Shown: positions 29,772 to 38,313 of the stretch, piece by piece
Numbering within the stretch: position 1 is the stretch's first letter
How the letters are laid out: each line of letters opens with the position of its first letter
IMG/VR virus record: IMGVR_UViG_3300035156_000206
Location: 124,001-188,000 of that record
DNA length: 64,000 bases
Direction: 5' to 3' (one strand)
Translations under genes and position numbers: made by a program
Notes under the pieces: model-generated
Database searches by the model: none
Told to the model about the DNA's origin: nothing
What the model saw: the letters and a program-made list of their open reading frames with translations, nothing else

Positions 29772-30081
29772 ACAATACTACGATGTCGTGTACGGTATCG
29801 ATTCGGGTGTCAGTGTTTCTCAAGCAATGAAAGAGATCATCAGATGGTCCATGCAGGATCGGACTATTGAAGGTGTCATTGCCAAGAACCCTGATCTGGA
29901 AGGCGCTGACTTGAGTCGTCTAGATACACACCTGATCATTGCAATACTTCGTTCTACCTACATCATCCATAACTATTTGGCGTGTTGGGAGGCCAAAGTT
30001 GATGAGGCTGAGTTAGTATTGATCGGACGAAGCCTTAACCCTAGACAATTGTTACGCGGACTAAAGAGATTTCCTAAATGA
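29755..30081 (+). CDS. Hypothetical protein
   Basis: AAGG RBS; overlaps both neighbours in an operon. Confidence 0.6.
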   Translation: MKNQFEQYYDVVYGIDSGVSVSQAMKEIIRWSMQDRTIEGVIAKNPDLEGADLSRLDTHLIIAILRSTYIIHNYLACWEAKVDEAELVLIGRSLNPRQLLRGLKRFPK

Positions 30082-30374
30082 ACATGTTTGTTATTTGTTT
30101 CCCCTTCAGTGGAGCTAAAGACCAATCTGGTGAATATGCACGTATGGAGTACCTATTCTTTCGGGATGAGGCGCCTGCATTAAAGTGCTTACGTGAGCAG
30201 GATCACAAGGACGGTCATGAGTATTATGAAGTGCCTTGTTTCCATCGTGGCGGATACGTCCGTCGTGAAAAGATCCTTTGGGCGTGGGAACCACAAGATA
30301 TGGTTCAGGCTGAAGACTACGCCAACCACTATGGGCTAAAGTTGATTGAGTTTGACCGTTCGTGGTTAGAATGA
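30078..30374 (+). CDS. Hypothetical protein
   Basis: ATGA overlap with the previous gene. Confidence 0.6.
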   Translation: MNMFVICFPFSGAKDQSGEYARMEYLFFRDEAPALKCLREQDHKDGHEYYEVPCFHRGGYVRREKILWAWEPQDMVQAEDYANHYGLKLIEFDRSWLE

Positions 30375-30445
30375 TCCTAAGCATGTGATATTCCTTTGGT
30401 ATTTGCGGGCCTTAAATAGCCTCAATACCAATACAGGAGTATCAC

Positions 30446-30931
30446 ATGATTATCTTAGGCATCGATCAATCTTACACCAGCTCAGGTTTAGTTGTTGTGG
30501 ACGGCGATAAATTGTTGTACAGTGGCGTCTTTAAGACGCCCAAGGACATGGACATCTTCGAACGCGCTTGGCGCATCGGTGAACATGTACTAGAAAAGAT
30601 AGAAGAATTCGGTGTCGAGGCGGTTGCGATTGAAGGTCTTGCTTTTGGTATGACTGGAAACGCTACGCGAGACCTAGCAGGACTACAGTTTGTGATTGTA
30701 TCGAAGATCCAGTTTGTTGCTGGAAAGCTCGTTGCTGTCATATCACCAAAGTCTCTGAAAGTGTTCGCGACGGCTAATGGTAAGGCAACGAAGAAAGAGA
30801 TGATTGCTGCAGTACCCGAGGATGTAAATTCTATTTTCAAGGGTCAGGGGTATAAACTAACGACAGGTCTTGCTGACTTATCGGATGCTTATTTCCTGGC
30901 GCAATATATCAAGAAGCAGGATACAAATTAA
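30446..30931 (+). CDS. ruvC: RuvC-like Holliday junction resolvase
   Basis: ILGIDQS, AIEG, NGKATK, DLSDAY catalytic motifs; AGGAG RBS; late promoter. Confidence 0.88.
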   Translation: MIILGIDQSYTSSGLVVVDGDKLLYSGVFKTPKDMDIFERAWRIGEHVLEKIEEFGVEAVAIEGLAFGMTGNATRDLAGLQFVIVSKIQFVAGKLVAVISPKSLKVFATANGKATKKEMIAAVPEDVNSIFKGQGYKLTTGLADLSDAYFLAQYIKKQDTN

Positions 30932-30940
30932 GTTGCGAGA

Positions 30941-31192
30941 TGTTGACCCGTGTAGTGCGGGTGAAAACCTTCGGGTATGACATTGTGGACGCAATACGAA
31001 TGATGGATGTGCGCAACATCCGGTACTAGCTCGTATTGTGGGTCCCACTAAATTGGTTATGCAACCGCGAGCGTAGGGATACAAGCAGCGCGAGACCATA
31101 TCCATCTAGCCACTCCTGCGAGTGATAGTTAAACATCTCCTGACCATTGGGGTATGACAGTATGCCTGTCCGGCCCGCACCCACGGTCGATA
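30941..31192 (+). ncRNA. Putative structured non-coding RNA of unknown class
   Basis: Long-range stem 30941-30962/31173-31192; ACC-UUCG-GGU tetraloop; nested stems GCAATACGA/TCGTATTGT, GGATGT/ACATCC, CACTC/GAGTG, GACAG/CTGTC; several G-U pairs; no credible ORF. Confidence 0.55.
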
Positions 31193-31243
31193 GGGGGATT
31201 GTTTCATTGTTTGAATTAATTGATAGTCGGCAATCAAGATAGA

Positions 31244-31434
31244 TTAACTGATCGAATATCTGAGGACGAACGCAGTGAGGACGAAGATGGAGATCAGATG
31301 AGGCGAAGCCGAGTTAAATGATTCAACCGGTTCTTTTGCAGCTAGCTGGATTATGTGTCTGTCGTTACACTCCAGACTTAATATAGATGATTGTGAAACT
31401 CGCTACGCTCGCCATCACAATCATCTATATTAAG
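31244..31434. repeat. ssDNA-type hairpin cluster with a 20-bp perfect inverted repeat (31377-31396/31415-31434)
   Basis: GNA-triloop hairpins closed by tandem GA/GA pairs on both strands; arms CTTAATATAGATGATTGTGA / TCACAATCATCTATATTAAG. Confidence 0.75.
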
Positions 31435-31436
31435 GG

Positions 31437-31631
31437 TTATTTTAATCGGCCGTGTTCTGTGAGTACTTTGGATTCAGCAATATCGTACTCTATTCGAGCC
31501 TTTTCCGATTCAGCTGATGCAACTGCCAACTGAGCTTCCGCTTTCGCCAATGTATCTTCCACAGATGGTTCAGATTGGCTTCCACCACAAGCAACCAAAC
31601 ACAATAGTACTAGAACTGGTAGCGTCTTCAT
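31437..31631 (-). CDS. Small putative lipoprotein
   Basis: MKTLPVLVLLCLVA-CGG lipobox; ATGA overlap with the upstream gene. Confidence 0.65.
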   Translation of the reverse strand: MKTLPVLVLLCLVACGGSQSEPSVEDTLAKAEAQLAVASAESEKARIEYDIAESKVLTEHGRLK

Positions 31632-32350
31632 TGTACTGACTCCAACGATAAGTGTTTGTCCTCAACCGTCTTGGCATAGTCATACAACTTCTCAATATAC
31701 TTGTCACGACGCAGAATTTTGAATGCCAGGTTCTCAACCGAGAACTCACCGTCACGATCCAAGCCCATCTTCCTCATCTCTCGCAATCGGGTTTTTAATT
31801 TCTCGATCGTAGTGAGATTACACACTTTATTATGGATTATCCCGTCGATAGACGATTTCCATTTATCTGCCTTACTGATTACATACGAGTCGTTAATTTC
31901 GGGATTGGATTTCTTAGGCTTGACCAACCACTTGTTCCTCATAATGCTATACACACCTGACGATACATGAGGTTCCTTCTCACCTTGGACATACAACTCA
32001 ACGGGGAAGCCTTTGATCTTGATATCATGCTCAAGGTTCCATAGCTGCTTCTTAGCGTTGAATAGCTCCAAAGCTACCTCTTCATTCTCACAGCGTGACA
32101 AGTCTGCCATGATGTGAAGATCGACGTCTGACTGATCGTGCCACGTATAGTTGGCGAGACTCCCAGTTACAATCATATCAACCACAATTAGTTCACTTGA
32201 GTCCACAAAGTCGATGAACTGTTTTGCAATCGACTTCAGTGCAGTCTTAATCTCGGGCTTCATGACGGTCTCTTCCCATACAGCATGGTTGAGGTGACGC
32301 TTCTCATCAAGAGCGAACGCTGTTTCATTCAGGTATTGTTTAAATTTCAT
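31628..32350 (-). CDS. Pol-beta superfamily nucleotidyltransferase
   Basis: TGSLANY...SDVDLH (GS..DxD), VELYVQ; late promoter; MKFKQYLNE N-terminus. Confidence 0.75.
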   Translation of the reverse strand: MKFKQYLNETAFALDEKRHLNHAVWEETVMKPEIKTALKSIAKQFIDFVDSSELIVVDMIVTGSLANYTWHDQSDVDLHIMADLSRCENEEVALELFNAKKQLWNLEHDIKIKGFPVELYVQGEKEPHVSSGVYSIMRNKWLVKPKKSNPEINDSYVISKADKWKSSIDGIIHNKVCNLTTIEKLKTRLREMRKMGLDRDGEFSVENLAFKILRRDKYIEKLYDYAKTVEDKHLSLESVQ

Positions 32351-32394
32351 TTGGATTATCCTTGTGTGCATCCTATTTATGGTACAGACAAAAG

Positions 32395-32424
32395 AAAAGG
32401 AAGGTTGTTTCCAACCTTCCTTTT
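32395..32424. terminator. Terminator hairpin
   Basis: aaaaggaaggttg-tttc-caaccttcctttt. Confidence 0.7.
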
Positions 32425-32440
32425 GACACTCAGAACATCC

Positions 32441-32635
32441 TCAATACACTGGATGGGCGTTTTTCTTCTCAATCTCGAACCGTTCATCCAAGAACTCTTT
32501 GATCAGAACACGCTCGGCGTATGTACGCCACATCATCTCATCATACGATATTGCACCACGCATGAAGTATACCAGAGAGATCATAGACACAACCAAGCTT
32601 CTGGATTCAGCTCCCATCCTCTGGAGCATCTGCAT
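32441..32635 (-). CDS. Baseplate hub/tail assembly chaperone partner (gp51-like); probably a frameshift extension of the upstream gene
   Basis: Weak RBS; lies in the -1 frame after a T7 run at the end of the gp26-like gene. Confidence 0.6.
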   Translation of the reverse strand: MQMLQRMGAESRSLVVSMISLVYFMRGAISYDEMMWRTYAERVLIKEFLDERFEIEKKNAHPVY

Positions 32636-32664
32636 CTTCTCTTGAGGAGAACCCTGTCTGAGTA

Positions 32665-33492
32665 CTAGATAAAAAAACTAATCGGGTTCAGTGGTGTTGG
32701 GATGACCAACTCTTCACCACAGTCGATACACTTGATTGGCACGTTAAATTCAACGCCCCAGTCTGTGGTTCGGGTAGCTGCTTCTGAAATAGATTGCAGC
32801 CATTGGACAGGAAGCGACTTGAGCCACTCAACAATCATTGCACGATCGGAGGTGTCATCAACACGGTCAATCAAAATGGCTGCAGATGTCAGCAAACGAT
32901 TGAGCATGTCCGAGTGCGATTCACTGTCATCCGCTTGGGCGTGATGAATCTGTTCTGTCTTGTACACTTCGATCACGTCGTCGTATGTTGCAGGCTTGAA
33001 GTACACAACTTGCTTGTTCTCCAGTACATGTTGGTACGAAGATTTGATTGTGGTTGGATTTAACGACTTTGCCCCGCGCAGGAAAATGTCCAGCGCTAAT
33101 TCGTATGTGTGCTGCTCAGCATTTTCACACGTGTGGGTGTACGTGATATCAAATGTTGGACCGTACGACACTTTCTTGATGGCTACCAACAGATAGTCAA
33201 TGTCTTTGGCTGACAGCTCGCCCGGCTTCAGGATGCTTGGAATGCAGCGGCCGAATACTTCCTTGACAGCCTCACCGTTCAGGATCTTGTCGACTGATTT
33301 CATGATCAGCTCATCGATACCTGTCATTGGGTATACATGCACCTCGCCGTTCTTGACATCAGGAGCAAGTTCGCCATTGGTATAGAAGACGCCACCAGAC
33401 GGCAGAGTAAAAGACTCACCTGGGATGCGGACGCGCATCAACAGAGGATTAATTTGGGAAGGGATGCCAGTAGGTGGCAGGATTTGATCCAT
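32665..33492 (-). CDS. Baseplate hub assembly protein (T4 gp26-like)
   Basis: LPSGGVFY, VYPMT..DE, DIDYLLVAIKKVSYG, C-terminal CxxC; next to the tape measure gene. Confidence 0.8.
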   Translation of the reverse strand: MDQILPPTGIPSQINPLLMRVRIPGESFTLPSGGVFYTNGELAPDVKNGEVHVYPMTGIDELIMKSVDKILNGEAVKEVFGRCIPSILKPGELSAKDIDYLLVAIKKVSYGPTFDITYTHTCENAEQHTYELALDIFLRGAKSLNPTTIKSSYQHVLENKQVVYFKPATYDDVIEVYKTEQIHHAQADDSESHSDMLNRLLTSAAILIDRVDDTSDRAMIVEWLKSLPVQWLQSISEAATRTTDWGVEFNVPIKCIDCGEELVIPTPLNPISFFI

Positions 33493-33605
33493 GGAAGGAC
33501 TCCTATATGTTATGAATGACTTACACCATATTTACGACCGTTTAGAATGGCGGGAAAGCCAGGATAGTATTGACAATAAATATAAGCACATTATAGGATA
33601 TCCAC

Positions 33606-36575
33606 ATGGCTACAGGTACACCAATCGCAGGCGGAACAATTGAGCAGTTAGCAGCAGCAATTGCACAGGCTATTAATCAGTCTGGTGGTGCTGGCCGTAA
33701 CTATAACCCAATCACGAACCAAGCATCCAAGCAAGATGATCCAGCAGCTCGTGTGGCGGCAATCCGAACTCACAAGACAGCAATCTCAGCTAATGAGCTG
33801 ATGAAAGAACTGGCTGAGGTCCAACGCAAGTCGATCCGAAGCAGCCAAGACTTAGAGCGTATGCTCGACTTCAACCGCAAGACACTCGGTCAAGCACTGA
33901 ACAAGTACGAGACATTTGCTGAAGCACAGAAGGAAATGGTAAAGGAACTGAACAAGCAGTTGAGTTCCGGTTCTGTTCCAGCAAGTGTAAAAGCATTAGC
34001 CGGATCGATTGACACACTCGAAGACGTCCTGAAGTTTAGTGATGCTGCCAAAGCAGCTGCTGAACTATCGAAGGCGATGAAGGACAGCCAGAAGACTGGT
34101 GAGAACATGGCCACGTTGGCCGAGACTATCTCCGACTTGAAGAAAGCTTTACCAGCAGGAAAGAGCCTGGCGGATGTAGATGCATCTCTGGATGCATTAG
34201 ACAAGCGCATGCAATCATTCCTGACTGCATTCAATGCACAGCAACAAGCAGATGGAAGCTACAAGTACCATGATGCTGCTGGTGCAGAACGCAGCCAAGC
34301 AGACCAAGATAAAATCAACAAGGCATTGCAAGCAATCGTTCAGAAGAGCCAGGTGGCAAAGAATGCTGCTAAGGCCGCTGAAGACCTCGCAATCAATGGA
34401 CACACTGCAGTAATCGAGGCCAATGTACGCTCTATGAAGCGTCTGGATGGAGTTGTAGCAGAAGCTGGCCGTCGCGTCAGTGCATGGGGAGTTAAAGTAA
34501 CATCAGCAGCTTGGGCAATTGACAAGCTGGCGGATGCTGCCGTCCACCTGTACCAATCACTGAAGACTGCAGCAGCAACCGGAACTGAGCGCAGCTTGGG
34601 TGGTGTTGCCGGCCGCGAAATGACAGCGCTGACGACAATGATCAGCAGTGAGACTATTCAAGAAGGCCAAAAGAATTACGCACAGCGTCGTAACATTGCT
34701 GGCCGTGAAGACTACGACAAATCACAGCGTCAAGGAACTTTCGACTTCTTCAAGCTGACAGGTGACTTGGATGAAGCTCACAGACAGTTCGGGTTGACTA
34801 ATGAGTTGATTGGTCGTCACGGTGTCAGCTTCCAGACAGCTATGAAGAGTACCCGCATGCTGATGGGGACGTTCAATGAGCTCACGATGATGACTGGTAT
34901 GACCGTTGGTGAAATCAACGCGATGAACCAAGAGCTCGCATCTGGTAACGACTACCGTCAAACACTTGCAGGACTGAACGAAAAAGAACGCGCTATGGCG
35001 CTTGTTGGACTTGACCTGATGGTTAAAGAGAATGCCATCCGTGGTATCTCGATCCAACAAACCAAAGAGATGTTGAAAGCGACACAAGCTGAGTCAAATC
35101 CATTCAGCCCTAAGTCTCGCATGAAAGCGGCCGCGAAGTTGCGTCTGCTTGGTGCATCACAAGGATTGGATGTTGAATCAGCTGCACGTGTGATTGATGC
35201 AGGTGGTATTGCTCAACGTCGTGCAGAACTGTCTCAATCGGGAATGAGCCCTCAGGCCATTGAAGCTGAGATGAACAAGGTACAGAGACAAGAACAATCT
35301 CTGGGAACCAAGAATAGTAAAGACATGGGTGGACGTGTAACCGCTCAAGGTTTGGCGATTGAAGCTATTGGTGGAAAGATGCCAGAGCTGAAGTCGTACT
35401 TTGATGGTACACGTGACGTTAGTGCAATCGAGGGCAACCAGATGCTTGGTAAAGCCGCGGACGAGTTCAACGTTGGTGTCAATAAGTTCGTTGCTGGTGT
35501 AGGACTGATGGGTGTGAATGGTGCTAAGAATACAGCATCTAACCCTTACGTGCAAGCTATCATCGCTGGTGCCGGATATCTATTGTTCCGAAAAATGGGT
35601 GGACCAGGAATCGCCAAGCTTCTTCCCGGCATTAGTGGATTGCTTAAAAAAGTTCTTCCTGGTGCTAAGGGTGCGGCTGCCGGTGCCACAGGGGCGGCTG
35701 GTGCTCTATCAGGAGCCCGCACGGCCTCTGGAGCCGCAGCTGTAGTCCGAAGCAGCTCCGGTGCACTAATGAATACCGTACGTGCAATCATCCCTGTGCT
35801 TGGAGCAAAAGCAGCAACTGCTGCGGCCGCTATTCCAGCCGCAGCATCATCTGCACGGACAATGGCGGCAGCCGCAGTGGCTGCATCGGCAGCTGCTCGT
35901 CCTATCATCCCTAAGATTCCTACTCAAGTTGGTATGGGTTCAAAGGCACTGGGCGTGCTTGGTAAGTTAGCTACACCGCTTGCCGTATTAGGAACTGGTT
36001 TATCAATATACGGTCACGCAACAAGTGATGAAACAGCGAAAGAAAAGACAGAAGCGATCTCAGGTGATGTGGGTGGATTAGCTGGCGGGTTGGCAGGTGC
36101 TGGTTACGGCGCCGCAATTGGTACAGCAATTTTCCCAGGGGTTGGTACAGCAGTTGGTGGTATTCTGGGTGGACTGATTGGTATGTGGGCTGGTGATAAG
36201 GTAGGCACTGGTGTTGGCATGGGCATCAACGCGACAGGTGTCAACGACCCTTCTCAGCCTGGCGTGACGGGTCCAAGTGTAAATACGCCATCTGATCAAA
36301 CACAGTCAACAGCAGTAGTAGATGCTAACGGTAATGTAACTGGTTACGTTACACCTGACGCACCACAAGCTGTCGATCCTTCAATTATGCTGACACAAGC
36401 TGTAACGCAAATGAATATAACCTTGGGCTCAATTCACACTCTCTTAGCAGCCTCAGCTGGTGAAATGAGTGGATCTAGCGAAGCCGCCCTCGAACAACAG
36501 AAGCGCTTAGCTCGTGCTTTAAAAAATGCTGGCATGGGTAGTGTAGCCCCAGCATCAACAGCATACAATGCTTAA
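33606..36575 (+). CDS. Tape measure protein
   Basis: 989 aa, Ala-rich and helical; C-terminal glycine zipper (GGLAGGLAGAGYGAAIGTAIFPGVGTAVGG); AATAAATA promoter. Confidence 0.75.
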   Translation: MATGTPIAGGTIEQLAAAIAQAINQSGGAGRNYNPITNQASKQDDPAARVAAIRTHKTAISANELMKELAEVQRKSIRSSQDLERMLDFNRKTLGQALNKYETFAEAQKEMVKELNKQLSSGSVPASVKALAGSIDTLEDVLKFSDAAKAAAELSKAMKDSQKTGENMATLAETISDLKKALPAGKSLADVDASLDALDKRMQSFLTAFNAQQQADGSYKYHDAAGAERSQADQDKINKALQAIVQKSQVAKNAAKAAEDLAINGHTAVIEANVRSMKRLDGVVAEAGRRVSAWGVKVTSAAWAIDKLADAAVHLYQSLKTAAATGTERSLGGVAGREMTALTTMISSETIQEGQKNYAQRRNIAGREDYDKSQRQGTFDFFKLTGDLDEAHRQFGLTNELIGRHGVSFQTAMKSTRMLMGTFNELTMMTGMTVGEINAMNQELASGNDYRQTLAGLNEKERAMALVGLDLMVKENAIRGISIQQTKEMLKATQAESNPFSPKSRMKAAAKLRLLGASQGLDVESAARVIDAGGIAQRRAELSQSGMSPQAIEAEMNKVQRQEQSLGTKNSKDMGGRVTAQGLAIEAIGGKMPELKSYFDGTRDVSAIEGNQMLGKAADEFNVGVNKFVAGVGLMGVNGAKNTASNPYVQAIIAGAGYLLFRKMGGPGIAKLLPGISGLLKKVLPGAKGAAAGATGAAGALSGARTASGAAAVVRSSSGALMNTVRAIIPVLGAKAATAAAAIPAAASSARTMAAAAVAASAAARPIIPKIPTQVGMGSKALGVLGKLATPLAVLGTGLSIYGHATSDETAKEKTEAISGDVGGLAGGLAGAGYGAAIGTAIFPGVGTAVGGILGGLIGMWAGDKVGTGVGMGINATGVNDPSQPGVTGPSVNTPSDQTQSTAVVDANGNVTGYVTPDAPQAVDPSIMLTQAVTQMNITLGSIHTLLAASAGEMSGSSEAALEQQKRLARALKNAGMGSVAPASTAYNA

Positions 36576-36587
36576 TCAGGAATAATA

Positions 36588-38282
36588 ATGACAAAATGGA
36601 CTGGCTATTTTAAGGTTGTTCAACCAACAACCGATACAACAACCGTTACCGATAACCAGGCAATGGATGGTACCGAGTATGGAAACTACTCGTGGTATCA
36701 ACGTCTGGTACAAGGTTCGGCATCACGGATCAGCCGCTACAGCGAATATGATGTGATGGATAGCGACGTTGAAGTCGCTCGTGCTTTGGATATCATTGCA
36801 GAGGAGATGACTTCCAACAACGAGAAGACCGACTTGCCAATCAACATCGATGTCCAAGCAGAAGACATCGAACACATGGCTCCAACCACTTTGATGACTC
36901 TCCGTGCCGCTTTGCGCTACTGGAGTTCTGTTCACGACTGGGAAAATCGTCTGTTCAAGATTGCTCGCACTACTGCAAAGTATGGCGACTGCTTCTTCCG
37001 TCGTGGCAAAGATCCTCGTGCTAAGTGGACCTTCATTCATCCGAAGATGGTTGTTGGTGCTGTAGTCGATGAGCAAGATGTTACCAAGATTCTCGCATAC
37101 CAAATCAAAGTCGATATCAACCGTCCTGTGTCAAGCGCTGGACAGATCCCTGTTGGTCAGCAGTATGACAGTGAGATCGTTCCTGCACACGAAATCGTTC
37201 GGTTCTCGCTGAACGATGACATGTCGTCCGTTGCACCTTTCGGTGAATCGATTCTGTCGCCTGTGTATCGTGCACACAAACAAAAAGAGATGCTGGAAGA
37301 CGCGATCATCATTTACCGTACGGTACGTGCTCCTGAACGGCGCGTATTCTACATTGACGTGGGCAAGATGCCACCAGCAATGACCAAGAAGTACCTCGAG
37401 CAAATCAAAAATGAGATTCGGCAGCGTAAGATCCCATCCGCCAATGGTGGACAAACAAACGTCGACTCGGTCTATAATGCCCAATCAATGTCAGAAGACT
37501 TCTACTTCGCACAACGTGCTGACGGTAAAGGTAGTCGTGTAGAGACTCTCCCTGGTGGAGCTGGTCTTGGTGAATTGGCTGACTTGGATCACTTCCTCAA
37601 CAAAGTCTTCCGCGGTCTTCGTATTCCTATCTCTTGGATGAATGAAGCAAACGGTGGTGGTGCAATCTTCAATGATGGCAAGACTGGCCAAGCGTACATC
37701 CAAGAGATTATCTTCGGTAAGTATGTTGCTCGTCTGCAAGGGTACATTGACCGTGTGCTGGATGTTGAATTTAAGAAGTACCTTCGTGACAACCGCATTG
37801 TGGTTGATGAGAGTATGTACAAGCTGCGTTTGCCAGAGTCGACCAACTTTGCAAAGCTGCGCCAAGCTGAAGTAGATGGACAGATGTTGGCTACCTATGC
37901 AAGTGCATCGGAGATCCCACACATGTCGAAGCGTTATGGCTTAGAGCGTTATGCTCAGTGGTCTGAGGATGAGATCCTGGCAAATGAGAAGAAGGTCATG
38001 GAAGAGCGTGGCATCCCAGCTGACGCACCAAACCGCATGCAATTGATCTACGGTGATCCAAATACTACACCAGCGGACTTCTCATTGCCAGGTGGCGGTG
38101 GAGCAATGGGTGGTGGCGGAGCGATGCCTTTAGGTGCTGGTGAAGGTACCGGAGATCCATTAGATCCAGGTGCAGATGCTGACGGCAAAGACACATCGAC
38201 TACTGATTTAGCAGACAAACAAACCACGCGTGATGCGCCGGCTCCTGGCGCAAAACCAGGTGGGGTTGGCGGTAAGCCATAA
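36588..38282 (+). CDS. Portal vertex protein (T4 gp20-like)
   Basis: EDAIIIYRTVRAPERRVFYIDVGKMP, EDFYF, VETLPGG. Confidence 0.95.
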   Translation: MTKWTGYFKVVQPTTDTTTVTDNQAMDGTEYGNYSWYQRLVQGSASRISRYSEYDVMDSDVEVARALDIIAEEMTSNNEKTDLPINIDVQAEDIEHMAPTTLMTLRAALRYWSSVHDWENRLFKIARTTAKYGDCFFRRGKDPRAKWTFIHPKMVVGAVVDEQDVTKILAYQIKVDINRPVSSAGQIPVGQQYDSEIVPAHEIVRFSLNDDMSSVAPFGESILSPVYRAHKQKEMLEDAIIIYRTVRAPERRVFYIDVGKMPPAMTKKYLEQIKNEIRQRKIPSANGGQTNVDSVYNAQSMSEDFYFAQRADGKGSRVETLPGGAGLGELADLDHFLNKVFRGLRIPISWMNEANGGGAIFNDGKTGQAYIQEIIFGKYVARLQGYIDRVLDVEFKKYLRDNRIVVDESMYKLRLPESTNFAKLRQAEVDGQMLATYASASEIPHMSKRYGLERYAQWSEDEILANEKKVMEERGIPADAPNRMQLIYGDPNTTPADFSLPGGGGAMGGGGAMPLGAGEGTGDPLDPGADADGKDTSTTDLADKQTTRDAPAPGAKPGGVGGKP

Positions 38283-38313
38283 ATACTCTAAATCAACATA
38301 AATGGAGTCTGAT

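Noticed and set aside
30878-31105. 75-aa minus-strand ORF within the non-coding element
   Set aside because: Atypical composition, no convincing RBS, and overlap with the ruvC end. The pairing pattern is better explained by structure.
30446-31192. RuvC plus downstream structured RNA as a TnpB/omega-RNA-like guided nuclease
   Set aside because: The protein is a compact 161-aa contiguous RuvC with no REC, wedge or zinc-finger domains and no transposon ends. It fits the resolvase needed by a T4-like phage. Kept only as a remote alternative.
31261-31310. TGAGGACGAA repeats as a mini-CRISPR or hammerhead ribozyme
   Set aside because: Repeats are 10 bp with a 5-bp spacer and no cas genes are present. 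A complete hammerhead core (CUGANGA, GAAA, NUH with stems) could not be assembled. A GA-mismatch hairpin explains them better.
30941-31434. Retron msr/msd, tmRNA, RNase P or group I intron
   Set aside because: No reverse transcriptase in the window, no tRNA-like CCA end, no GAGGAAAGUCC motif, and no interrupted gene around it
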